Source: Pecten maximus
Taxonomy: Eukaryota
DNA length: 64,000 nt
Assembly: GCF_902652985.1 (NCBI RefSeq)
Contig: NC_047026.1
Location: forward strand, 11,284,001-11,348,000
Reading direction: 5' to 3'
Positions 51,401 to 63,341 of the stretch are shown here, one piece after another. Both the position numbers and the translations under genes were made by a program. Under the pieces are notes generated by a model. It was given only the letters and a program-made list of their open reading frames with translations. It did no database searches and was not told where the DNA came from. Positions within the stretch are counted from its first letter, which is position 1; every line of letters starts with the position of its first letter.

Positions 51401-54400
51401 TGGTATGAATATGTTGGACCTGACTGATCCCCAGGGGCTGATGGGCGGGGCTAAAAAGGGTCAAATTGACTGAAATTTCAAAAATCTTCTTCTTTACTCT
51501 CATATTTGGTAGAATCAAAATCTCTCGATTGATGGAAGGGTCTTATGGTGCTTTACCAAAATTGTGAATTTCATGACCCTGGGGTCTCATGTTTGCCCCT
51601 GGGGAGGGGGTACACTTTAGTATAGTTTATATAGGGAAATCACATTTTTGACTATTATTTGTTGAATTTGTATTGGAAATCATTCTTATCTGGTCAACAT
51701 TATCAGCATGGGAGAACAGTTTGATGGTTTGCATATATTGGCCCTGACTGACCCCCAGGGGCTGATGGGCGGGGCTAAAAAGGGTCAAATTGACTGAAAT
51801 TTCAAAAATCTTCTTCTCAATAACTATATATGATAGAATCAAATACTTTTCATAGAAGGAAGGGTTTCATGGTGTTTTACTTAAATTGTGAATTTCATGA
51901 CCCTTTCATAGACTACAGCAATGTTTTGGTTAAAAGAAATTTTTGCATGTATACATACGTAAATGTTTGGAAAGTTCTATATCATACAAACTTTAACCTT
52001 AAATCATTGTAAACATTTATAATTTGTCTAATGTTTAATATCATTATATATATTTTATCAGCCAATTTAGTCCTCCAAAGAACTATAGAGAGAATCCATG
52101 TTGGCAAGAAGTATGGCGATATTCCGAGGGGAATTTTTGTTGTACGTGGAGAAAATGTGGTGCTTCTAGGAGAAATAGTAAGCATTAAGATTTTATTGGC
52201 ATATTTTAGCCCACCATCATCAGATGGTGATCTGTTTAAATTGTAATCATTTATAGTCTGTAGTCTGCAATATATATATATATATAGCATCCATGATTTT
52301 AATTGTTTAATAAGTTCATTTACTTGAAGAATCAGACCCAATCTTTAATTTATTTTAAAACTATGTTCCCCTTGGTTACAAGTTGTGTGTACTCAAATTT
52401 CAGCCTGATGCAAAAAAGCAAAATGGCTGACAGATGGCCTTCTTGGGTTTTTACAGTCGATGATTTTTAGCTCACCTGGACCGAAGGTCCGGTGAGCTTA
52501 TGTCATGGCGCGGCGTCCGTCGTCTGTCGTCCGTTGTCCGTCTTCCGTCAACACTTGCTTCAAATCGCTACTAGTCAAAAAGTTCTTATTGGATTTTGAC
52601 CAAATTTAGTCAGAAACATCCTTGGCAAAAGGGGATCAGATTTTGCATAAATGGTGACTCTGACCCCCAAGGGGCCTGAGGGACGGGGCCCAATAGGGGA
52701 AATTGAGGCAATTTCTTTAAATCGCTACTAGTCATTAAGTTATGAATGGATTTGAACCCAATTTGGTCAGAAACATCCTTCAGGGAAGGGGAACAGATTT
52801 TGCATAAATGGTTACTCTGACCCCCAAGGGGCCTGAGGGGCAGGGCCCAATAGGGGAAATTGAGGCAATTTCTTTAAATCGCTACTAGTCATAAAGTTAT
52901 GAATGGATTTGAACCCAATTTGGTCAGAAACATCCTTTGGGGAAGGGGAACAGATTTTGCATAAATGGTGACTCTGACCCCGAAGGGGCCAAAGGAGCGG
53001 GGCCTAATGGGGAAATAGAGGTTATTTCTTCAAATCGCTACTAGTCATAAAGTTATGAATGGATTTGAACCCAATTTGGTCAGAAACATTCTTGGGGGAA
53101 GGGGAACAGATTTTGCATAAATGGTGACTCTGACCCCCAAGGGGCCTGAGGGGCGGGGCCCAATAGGGGAAATTGAGGTAATTCCTTAAAATCGCTACTT
53201 GTCATAAAGTTATGAATGGATTTGAACCCAATTTGGTCAGAAACATCCTTCAGGGAAGGGGAACAGATTTTGCATAAATGGTTACTCTGACCCCCAAGGG
53301 GCCAAAGGGGCGGGGCCTAATGGGGAAATAGAGGTAATATCTTCAAATCGCTACTAGTCATAAAGTTATGAATGGATTTCAACCCAATTTGGTCAGAAAC
53401 ATTCTTGGGGGAAGGGGAACAGATTTTGCATAAATGGTGACTCTGACCCCCAATGGGGCCTGAGGGGCTGGGCCAAATAGGGGAAATTGAGGCAATTCCT
53501 TTAAATCGCTACTAGTCATAAAGTTATGAATGGATTTCAACCCAATTTGGTCAGAAACATTCTTATGTGAAGGGGAACAGATTTTGCTTAAATGGTGACT
53601 CTGACCCCCAAGGGGCCAAAGGGGCGGGGCCTAATGGGGAAATAGAGGTAATATCTTCAAATCGCTACTAGTCATAAAGTTATGAATGGATTTCAACCCA
53701 ATTTGGTCAGAAACATTCTTGTGGGAAGGGGAACAGATTTTGCATAAATTGTGACTCTGACCCCCAAGGGGCCTGAGGGGCTGGGCCAAATAGGAGAAAT
53801 TGAGGCAATTCCTTTAAATCGCTACTAGTCATAAAGTTATGAATGGATTTCAACCCAATTTGGTCAGAAACATTCTTATGTGAAGGGGAACAGATTTTGC
53901 TGAAATGGTGACTCTGACCCCCGAGGAGCCAATAGGGCGGGGCCCCATATGGGAAATAGAGGCAATTCCTTCAAATCGCTACTTGTCATAAAGTTATGAA
54001 TGGATTTAAACACAATTTAGTAAGAAACATCCTTTGGGGAAGGGGAACAGATTTTGCATAAATGGTGACTCTGACCCCGAAGGGGCCAAAGGGGCGGGGC
54101 CCAATAGGGGAAATTGAGGCAATTCCTTAAAATTGCTACTTGTCATAAAGTTATGAATGGATTTGAACCCAATTTGGTCAGAAACATCCTTTAGGGAAGG
54201 GGAACAGATTTTGCATAAATGGTGACTCTGACCTCCAAGGGGCCAAAGGGGTGGGGCCTAATGGGGAAATAAGAGGTAATTCCTTCAAATCGCTACTAGT
54301 CATAAAGTTATGAATGGATTTGAACCCAATTTGGTCAGAAACATTCTTGGGGGAAGGGAAACAGATTTTGCATAAATAGTGACTCTGACCCCCAAGGGGC

Positions 54401-55825
54401 CTGAGGGGCGGGGCTGAATGGGGAAACAGAGGTAATATCTTTAAATCGCTACTAGTCATTAAGTTATGAAAGGATTTGAACCCAATTTGGTCAAAAACAT
54501 CATTGGGGGAAGGGGAACAGATTTTGCATAAATGGTTACTCTGACCCCCAAGAGGCCAAAGGGGCAGGGCCTAATGGGGAAACAGAGGTAATATCTTTAA
54601 ATCACTACTAGTCATAAAGTTATGAAAGGATTTGAACCCAATTTGGTCAAAAACATCATTGGGGGAAGGGGAACAGATTTTGCATAAATGGTTACTCTGA
54701 CCCCCAAGGGGCCAAAGGGGCGGGGCCTAATGGGGAAATAGAGGTAATTCCTTCAAATCGCTACTAGTCATAAAGTTATCAATGGATTTGAACCCAATTT
54801 GGTCAGAAACATTCTTATGTGAAGGGGAACAGATTTTTGCGTAAATGATGACTCTGACTCCCAAAGGACCAAAGGGGCGGGGCCTAATGGGGAAACAGAG
54901 GTCATATCTTTAAATCACTACTAGTCATAAAGTTATGAATGGATTTAAACCCAAATTGGTCAGAAACATTCTTATGTGAAGGGGAACAGATTTTGCATAA
55001 ATAGTGACTCAGAAACATTCTTATGTGAAGGGGAACAGATTTTGCATAAATAGTGACTCTGACCCCCGAGGGGCCAAAGAGGCGGGGCCCCATATGGAAA
55101 ATAGAGGTAATTCCTTTAAATCGCTACTAGTCATAAAGTTATGAATGGATTTCAACCCAATTTAATAAGAAACATCCTTTGGGGAAGGGGAACAGATTTT
55201 GCATAAATGGTGACTCTGCCCCCCGAGGGGCAAAAGGGGTGGGGCCCCATATGGGAAATAGAGGTAATTCCTTTAAATCACTACTAGTCATAAAGTTATA
55301 AATGCATGTTGTAAACTCAGAGAGTCTGGACTTCATTATTTCTTTAAAGCAGTTGGGATCCCCACGCTATGACCATATATAGCATTGTTTGAGGTTAACA
55401 TACAAAAGGAATTGAACATGAACATTATTTTGACATTTGGTCAAATCCAACCAGGTGAGCGATACAGGCCCCATGGGCCTCTTGTTTATTATTGCTATTT
55501 TCTCTGAATATTTCGAGCATGATGTGATCAGAACAAACAAAACACTTGTCTAAGTTTACTGTGCTATTTGTATTCTAACTGATCAACTGGGATGTAGTCA
55601 CTATAGATATTGGTTCCTACTGTAGTAAGTAAAGCTGTTTTGATGTTGCTTCAGGATCTTGAAAATGAAAACAATGACCAACTAGAGGAAGTTCCCATTG
55701 ATGATATCCTGGAAATGCAGAGAGAGGAACAGCTACAGAAACAACAGGCAGAGGAGAGAAAGAAAAAGTCCATGTTGGAACAAGGCCTTCAGCCACATTC
55801 AGAAATGCATGAAGAATACCTCTGA
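48458..55825 (+). CDS. LSM1: U6 snRNA-associated Sm-like protein LSm1, 133 aa
   Basis: Exons 48458-48503, 50371-50439, 52062-52177, 55655-55825; [80 protein letters not shown]... matches LSm1 Sm1/Sm2 motifs. Confidence 0.97.
48568..48674. mobile_element. 107-bp MITE with 10-bp flanking direct repeat (Mutator-like TSD length)
   Basis: CCGATATCCC|TACTCCAACAATGTTAGAGG ... CCTCTTATGTTATAGGAGTA|CCGATATCCC; absent from the duplicate intron copy at 49713-49973. Confidence 0.7.
48885..49712. mobile_element. ~830-bp non-autonomous TIR element in LSM1 intron 1
   Basis: CAGAGACATATATAGAGAGAT at the left end and ATCTCTCTGTATATATGTCTCTG at the right end; internal ~130-bp duplication (49055-49182 / 49255-49392). 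Confidence 0.7.
50614..51905 (+). mobile_element. 3'-truncated pearl/HINE-type element with internal repeats in LSM1 intron 2
   Basis: TTTTTAGGTCACCTGAGACGAAGTCTCAAG start, (GTCC/GTC)n tract, and repeated AAAATCTTCTTCTC...TTTACCAAAATTGTGAATTTCATGACCC units. Confidence 0.8.
50798..51086. mobile_element. 289-bp MITE nested in the HINE, CAG termini, 5-bp TSD
   Basis: ATTAT|CAGAGGTTAATCTAG ... CTAGATTAGCCCCTG|ATTAT. Confidence 0.8.
52464..55487 (+). mobile_element. Complete pearl/HINE-type element carrying a ~157-bp x ~17 satellite array, in LSM1 intron 3
   Basis: 5' TTTTTAGCTCACCTGG with GGACCGAAGGTCC palindrome and GTCC-type microsatellite; 157-bp units (AAATCGCTACTAGTC at 52562, 52719, 52876 and onward); 3' CCAGGTGAGCG, AGGCCCCATGGGCCT hairpin and CTTGTTT. 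Confidence 0.9.
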
Positions 55826-56906
55826 TAAGGAGAAACAGAACTTATGAGTGGTTTACTATGGAACTGTGCCTCAGAGTGGTAGAAGCTAGTGACATAATGT
55901 GATTAGCTGATAGTGGTTTGTAATACCAACTAGAATAGTTCACTCCAACCGCTAGTGGTTTACATCAAATACTGAAATTTTCAGTACATTGAATCGAGGG
56001 GTTGGAGGTGAGGGCGTGACATATACTTCAGCTCAAAATAGGGGAAAGGATTATTGCATGACAATAAAATTGCAATTGATTAGAATTTTTATAGTGCTGT
56101 AATTGCCATGGATGGCCTTTTTAGTGGACATGAGCTTTCGGATAAATATTGTAATGGCTTGTGGCTTATATTGGAGCTGCTAAAGACTTGCAATAGAAAA
56201 GTGTAGGGGCTTGTCTTGAATTACATACTTTTGGTGGTTTTACATTTTGCATAAATCACCAATTCTTGTTTACATTAGAAACAATAATGATTTGCAATAG
56301 AAATTCAAATCAGACTTAGTTTGATATATAATTTGGTTACATTTTCACAGAAAATGTTATTATCAGTCCAAGGGACATAACTTAGACACATAAGGTGTAA
56401 AAATTAGTTGTATATAGCCAGAATTTATATGAGATATACTTGTCTTTGAGTATACCAGTGTGATTTTTTTTTTGTTATAACATTGTAAATTTTGCTTTGG
56501 TATACATTACACAGTAATGACCAGAATGTATTCATGTCTAAGAGAATTAGTTTATAGATACATTACAGATTATTACTTAGAATTAAGAATTGTGATATTC
56601 TAGTGTTGGTTTTTCATATTAAAACTGACAGTAGATATTTTATTTTAGAAATTACTTAACAGCAATTTCAAAATACCATCATAATTTCATCATTTGAATC
56701 TGTCAGAAACAGCAAACAGCAATTTCAAAATACCATTATGATTTCATCATTTGCATCTGTCGGAAACCTCTCATTTTTTATGACTGAGAATTAATATTTT
56801 TCTTGTTATGTTTTCTTTCATCTTTAAAAGGATGTACTTTACTTTTGTATTTGTTGTGTATATAATATTTGGCTCTGTGTTAACTCTGAGTCCATGGGAA
56901 AGTCTC

Positions 56907-58999
56907 CTACCCGTTAGATAGGGTGATGTAGTGATCCTGGGAGAGTTATCTACCTGTTAGATAGGGTGATGGGAGTGATCCTAGGAGAGTTATCTACCCC
57001 GTTAGATAGGGTGATGTAGTGATCCTGGGAGAGTTATCTCCCCCTTAGATAGGATGATGTAGTGATCCTGGGAGAGTTATCTATCCGTTAGATAGGGTGA
57101 TGTAGTGATCCTGGGAGAGTTATCTCCCTGTTAGATAGGGTGATGTAGTGATCCTTGGAGAGTTATCTACCCGTTAGATAGGGTGATGTAGTGATCCTGG
57201 AGAGTTAGCTACCCGTATAGATAGATGATGTAGTGATCCTGGGAGAGTTATCTCCCCGTTAGATAGGATGATGTAGTGATCCTGGGAGAGTTATCTACCC
57301 GTTAGATAGGGTGATGTAGTGATCCTGGGAGAGTTATCTACCCCTTAGATAGGGTGATGTAGTGATCCTGGGAGAGTTATCTACTCGTTAGATAGGGTGA
57401 TGTAGTGATCCTGGGAGACTTATCTCCCCTTAGATAGGGTGATGTAGTGATCCTGGGAGAGTTATCTACCCATTAGATAGGGTGATGTAGTGATCCTGGG
57501 AGAGTTATCTCCCCCTTTAGATAGGGTGATGTAGTGATCCTGGGAGAGTTATCTACCCGTTAGATAGGGTGATGTAGTGATCCTGGGAGAGTTATCTCCC
57601 CGTTAGATAGGGTGATGTAGTGATCCTGGGAGAGTTATCTACCCGTTAGATAGGGTGATGTAGTGATCCTGGGAGAGTTATCTCCCCCTTAGATAGGATG
57701 ATGTAGTGATCCTGGGAGAGTTATCTACCCCTTAGATAGGGTGATGTAGTGATCCTGGGAGAGTTATCTACCCGTTAAATAGGGTGATGTAGTGATCCTG
57801 GGAGAGTTATCTACCCCTTAGATAGGGTGATATAGTGATCATGGGAGAGTTATCAACCCGTTAGATAGGGTGATGTAGTGATCCTGGGAGAGTTATCTAC
57901 CCGTTAGATAGGGTGATATAGTGATCCTGGGAGAGTTATCTCCCCCTTTAGATAGGATGATGTAGTGATCATGGGAGAGTTATCTACCCCTTAGATAGGG
58001 TGATGTAGTGATCCTGGGAGAGTTATCTACCCGTTAGATAGGGTGATGTAGTGATCCTGGGAGAGTTATCTCCCCCTTAGATAGGGTGATGTAGTGATCC
58101 TGGGAGAGTTATCTACCCATTAGATAGGGTGATGAAGTGATCCTGGGAGAGTTATCTACCCGTTAGATATGATGATGTAGTGATCCTGGGAGAGTTATCT
58201 ACCCCTTAGATAGGGTGATGTAGTGATCCTGGGAGAGTTATCTACCCGTTAGATAGGGTGATGTAGTGATCCTGGGAGAGTTATCTACCCGTTAGATAGG
58301 GTGATGTAGTGATCATGGGAGAGTTATCTCCCCCTTAGATAGGGTGATGTAGTGATCCTGGGAGAGTTATCTACCCGTTAGATAGGGTGATGAAGTGATC
58401 CTGGGAGAGTTATCTACCCGTTAGATAGGGTGATGTAGTGATCCTGGGAGAGTTATCTCCCCCCTTAGATAGGGTGATGTAGTGATCCTGGGAGAGTTAT
58501 CTACCCGTTAGATAGGGTGATATAGTGATCCTGGGAGAGTTATCTCCCCCTTTAGATAGGATGATGTAGTGATCCTGGGAGAGTTATCTACCCCTTAGAT
58601 AGGGTGATGTAGTGATCCTGGGAGAGTTATCTACCCGTTAGATAGGGTGATGTAGTGATCCTGGGAGAGTTATCTACCCGTTAGATAGGGTGACGTAGTG
58701 ATCCTGGGAGAGTTATCTACCCCTTAGATAGGGTGATGTTGTGATCATGGGAGAGTTATCTACCCGTTAGATATGGTGATGTAGTGATCCTGGGAGAGTT
58801 ATCTACCCCTTAGATAGGGTGATATAGTGATCCTGGGAGAGTTATCTCCCCCTTTAGATAGGATGATGTAGTGATCCTGGGAGAGTTATCTACCCCTTAG
58901 ATAGGGTGATGTAGTGATCCTGGGAGAGTTATCTCCCCCTTTAGATAGGGTGATGTAGTGATCCTGGGAGAGTTATCTCCCCGTTAGAGAGGGTGGTGA
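56907..58999. repeat. 43-bp satellite, ~48 copies, between LSM1 and HMX
   Basis: Unit GTTAGATAGGGTGATGTAGTGATCCTGGGAGAGTTATCTACCC. Confidence 0.97.
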
Positions 59000-60049
59000 A
59001 GTTCCCAATCTTAGGAGGGTTGTCTAATTATTATAATTAAGAATGAGTGATCTTAGGTGTTAAAATCATCAGTTTTGTCCATCAGATTGGCTGAAAACAA
59101 TAAAATAGACTTGTACGTGAAATTGGTGTTAAGTTCTTACAAGTGAATAAAACATTCATAGTAATGAGAAACTTTATAATGTGTTGAATGTTGTGTTTTG
59201 TTCTGGCACCATTTCAGTCCACAGACAATTTGTCTTCAAAGATTATCTAGAGATGAATGAATAGTATCGGCCTCATCTACTGTGTTGTTTAACATTCTTT
59301 TTCGAAGTCGGGAAAAGGTCGGTAATAATGGAGAAGACAGAAAATTGTGTCAAATTATCGAATTTAATGTTTTAGTTAACTTACGGGCAATAATGTTAAC
59401 ATTTTACTTAGGTTATTTTACCAAGATCTTGCATGTTGTATCTATGTCTGCATGAAGTCACAACTCTTGCTACAAAGTTAATTAATGTCGACGGCTAATG
59501 TGCGCTATGGGTGTTAATTTTAGTACAGTGAAATTTTTATTTGACCTCAAACAAACTAACCGAATGTTTTGTTCTGGGAATATCAACGATCAACATTCAT
59601 ACAAAACCGAGTTAAATGTTAAAATTAAGAACTTCCGTGTTGTTTTATTCCAGTAAATTGGCCAATCAGACAGCTGTGTGTTCCATGAGCATTATGCGAG
59701 TCTTTTGGTGTCATGTCCCGATTTCGTTCTAGGTTTTATCTTTTCTCAAAACGATAAAACATAGTAAGTATACTCTCCGTGTATACAAAACTCATTTTAC
59801 ATTATGTCAATATCTTTCACCAGTGTTACATAAGACAAAGCCCAAGGTTTTGTTTCATATACGTTTATTTTAGGTAACACATTGTTTAATTAAAAACATC
59901 AGAGATATAAAAACAAACATCAACAACAACAACCCTTTACTGGTTGAGTGTAACAAGAGAGCCACCGTCATGACAGTGTTTTATACAGCATTGTAAATAG
60001 TTTGTAATTGAAAATCAATTTTGCACTGCATTTCCAACCATTAAGCTTT

Positions 60050-63000
60050 TTAAAAGTACAACATAGGATGGCTCAGCAGATGTGGCGACGGAGGAATTGG
60101 TCCCAAACCCATGTGACACCTTGGAGCCAATGGATGACCAGGAAACAAATGGTTTGGTTCCTGGTGATTAGGGAATTTGTTATCTTCCGCCATTTGTGAT
60201 TTCCATTTGTTACGCCTGTTTTGGAACCAAACTTTCACTTGTGTTTCTGATAGGTGGAGAGTAAGTGCTAATTCTGCCCTCTCAGCACTAGACAGATAGC
60301 GTTTAGCATCAAATGCGGCCTCCAGATAAAATATCTGAGCCCTTGAGAAAACTGTTCTTGTCTTTTTCTTCAATTTGGTACTACTGTTTGTATGTGGAGA
60401 ACTATTTGGAGAACCAAGTTCATTCTGAAGTTTGGCGCTGCACGTTTCCGCGTGCTTGGAGTCCGTTATAGTCACACGTGACGTCGTTTCCCCGGTTACG
60501 TAACTGGGCGGTGGCACGTGCTCCCTTAACTCCTGACAGGACCGACAGACACAGGTTGAAGAGTTTTCTGTAAAGAATGAAGGATATTTTTAAAAAGTAA
60601 TTCAATTTTGTTTCGTAAATTCGCCGACTTATTGGCACACAGTAACATATATACATATGCACAATACACAAACATATACTGTATACCATGTAATAGCACT
60701 CATTCGCATAAGATGTTGCGTGAACATCTCCGACAAAAAGTAAAAAGTCATGTGTTGGTGTCCGTTATAATATATATTGTTTATATCGTGGGTGCCATTT
60801 TAACGCTGTCAGCGATGTAGCTCATCGTTTACACTGTTACAATTTTCTCAAATCATTTTACCTTTAAAGACGGATGGCTTATTCAAATATTGTTTTGATT
60901 TGTATCATATTCTTAAGAAATACATGTACCTGATCATATCTGTCTAGAACGCATGAACAAAAGAGAGTTTCGAGCTTAACCATGCACAATGAACTCGAAG
61001 GCCTGCGTGGCCTATTGCTTGTTAAATAATTATCTTTTGTAAATTATTTTATGAATATATTTTGAAATATTTGATGAAAGTTACAATGAACGATGTGTAG
61101 AGAAATACTGAATGATTTTAACTACCAAATATAAAACGAACTTTAGCATAAATTATGAAACTTTTACAGATTAGGATATAGTATGTATTAACTAATGCAC
61201 TTCGTGGGGGGGGGGGGGGGGGGGGGGGGGTTAAGGAAATGTTATTATAATAGCGGTTTGACACTTTAAATTGGTAGGTACATTCCTTTAGGTTAGAATG
61301 AAAATTCGTTCGAAAATTACCGTCCTCATATATTTCAGGTATGCAGGTATTGTTTTCATAGTGATTTCAGCGCAAATGTCTCATTGTGCCGCCCCAAAGG
61401 CAAACTTTGATAATTTAATCCATTACGCCCTCGACTATGTTATTTTCAATTATTTGGGTTCAGTTTTCAAAAATCTTTGCGTTTAAAATATGCCAAACTT
61501 ACGAGATTGTAGTTTCTTTGTCAGCATTTAGATAAAAGTTACCTATAGAAAATTAAAAACGATGATAGTGTAATTTGTAGCTTAACTACGGCATTTATTT
61601 TCAATTCACAGTGGCACGAACACCGAAATTGAAACTAATTTATTTTACAACAACTTAATATGAACTAGTCTTATCAACTTATTCCAATCATGATACTTTT
61701 CAAGAGAAAATAACAATCCAAAAAAAAATATTTTTTATCCATTACAAAAATAAAAAATAAACTTCACTTTGTTTGTTAGATAATGAAAAATTGAGCGATG
61801 GTCTAAACAATGAGTTATTCATTTTAAAGGAAGATAATTAAGAGAAAGAAATAAATCAAAACAACTGTTTCTTGGAATATGGGTCCCGTAAATTCAGCAC
61901 AATCCCTTGCCGCTTGAGGTACCGTGCCAGCTCCCAGAATTATGACATGTTCAGGTCTAATTTAATAAATCTGCTGAATGTAGATGTGGTAGTATATGTG
62001 AAGCCTCCTATCATTTTCTCTGTGTCTGTCCCTTTTACAGCCATATGTGTTTCCTGTCTCTATGAAAGCTACATCATTTCCGCGAGGATCCAACCTCAGA
62101 CTAAGTCCTATTTGAAAATCCGAAATCCAGCAATGAGGACAATATAGTAATTGCAAAATCAGTTCAAAATTATATTAGTAAAAACAACATGTTTTACGTT
62201 TTACTGAACTGTTCCTTCTAATAAATGCCATTTGAGATAAAAATATAGATAAAGTCATTTGTGACATTATGAGAAAACGACAGCTGAATATCAGGCTATG
62301 CTGTTTCACGTGAATTCTTCAGTCATGTATAGGAGTTTAACAGTTTCATTGTGTGGATTTTGCTTATTTAGTTTAAACTGTGTTTTATTTGTCAATTTCC
62401 ATTTAACAATAATTAAGTATACAACATATAAGTTATACAAAAAGGAATCAGAAACAAGTATCAAGACACTTCTCATTCTGTCCTCCTCAAAGCCAACTTT
62501 CTAATTTCAGAACTCTCTATTCCATCCTCCACACATCACTGTCACCATCCGGGACCTTACACGCCATCCTCCACACATCACTGTCACCACCCGGGACCTT
62601 ACACGCCATCCTACTCACATCACTGTCACCATCCGGGACCTTACACGCCATCCTCCACACATCACTGTCACCATCCGGGACCTTACACGCCATCCTCCAC
62701 ACATCACTGTCACCATCCGGGACCTTACACGCCATCCTACTCACATCACTGTCACCATCCGGGACCTTACACGCCATCCTCCACACATCACTGTTACCAT
62801 CCGGGACCTTACACGCCATCCTCCACACATCACTGTCACCATCCGGGACCTTACACGCCTTCCTACTCACATCACTGTCACCATCCGGGACCTTACACGC
62901 CATCCTACTCACATCACTGTCACCATCCGGGACCTTACACGCCTTCCTACTCACATCACTGTCACCATCCGGGACCTTACACGCCATCCTACTCACATGC

Positions 63001-63341
63001 AATTACCATATAATCTACAAACTTTATGAGAAACTGGTTTTACAAGCACAAGTATTTGTAATTTGCAAAACCTTTATACAAATCAATACAAATGACATGA
63101 CAATTCAACTTAAAGGTTTTATATGAACTAGTAAACCATATTTACCATAACAGCTGTCACATGGAGATCGCTGGCCATAGGACCCAAAGTTCTTGTACGG
63201 ACTGTAGCTGGATTCCGTACTCTTACGTCTGGCGTCTGATTCCGTGTCTTTGGTTAGAATGTCGTCTATAAAGAATGATTTGCTTGCTTTCCGTTCCGTT
63301 TCCATTGGTTCCCTATTAGGAGAATCCTCGTCACCACTCAT
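60050..63341 (-). CDS. HMX: HMX/NK5-family homeobox transcription factor (divergent), 237 aa
   Basis: Exons 63341-63146 and 60567-60050 (phase 1). N-terminal eh1 motif SFFIDDIL; homeodomain [60 protein letters not shown] is NK5-type ([24 protein letters not shown]). Confidence 0.92.
61206..61230 (+). repeat. Poly-G tract (25 G) in the HMX intron
   Basis: Uninterrupted G run. Confidence 0.9.
62521..62997. repeat. 42-bp minisatellite, ~11 copies, in the HMX intron
   Basis: Unit CCATCCTCCACACATCACTGTCACCATCCGGGACCTTACACG; gives the [14 protein letters not shown] repeat ORF. Confidence 0.97.

Noticed and set aside
13572-58999. Regular short repeat arrays as possible CRISPR arrays
   Set aside because: Head-to-tail units with no unique spacers, no cas genes, and a spliceosomal-intron eukaryotic context.
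62517-63002. 161-aa ORF of [14 protein letters not shown] repeats, co-oriented with HMX
   Set aside because: 42-bp intronic minisatellite with no convincing splice sites; HMX exons 1 and 2 join in frame without it.
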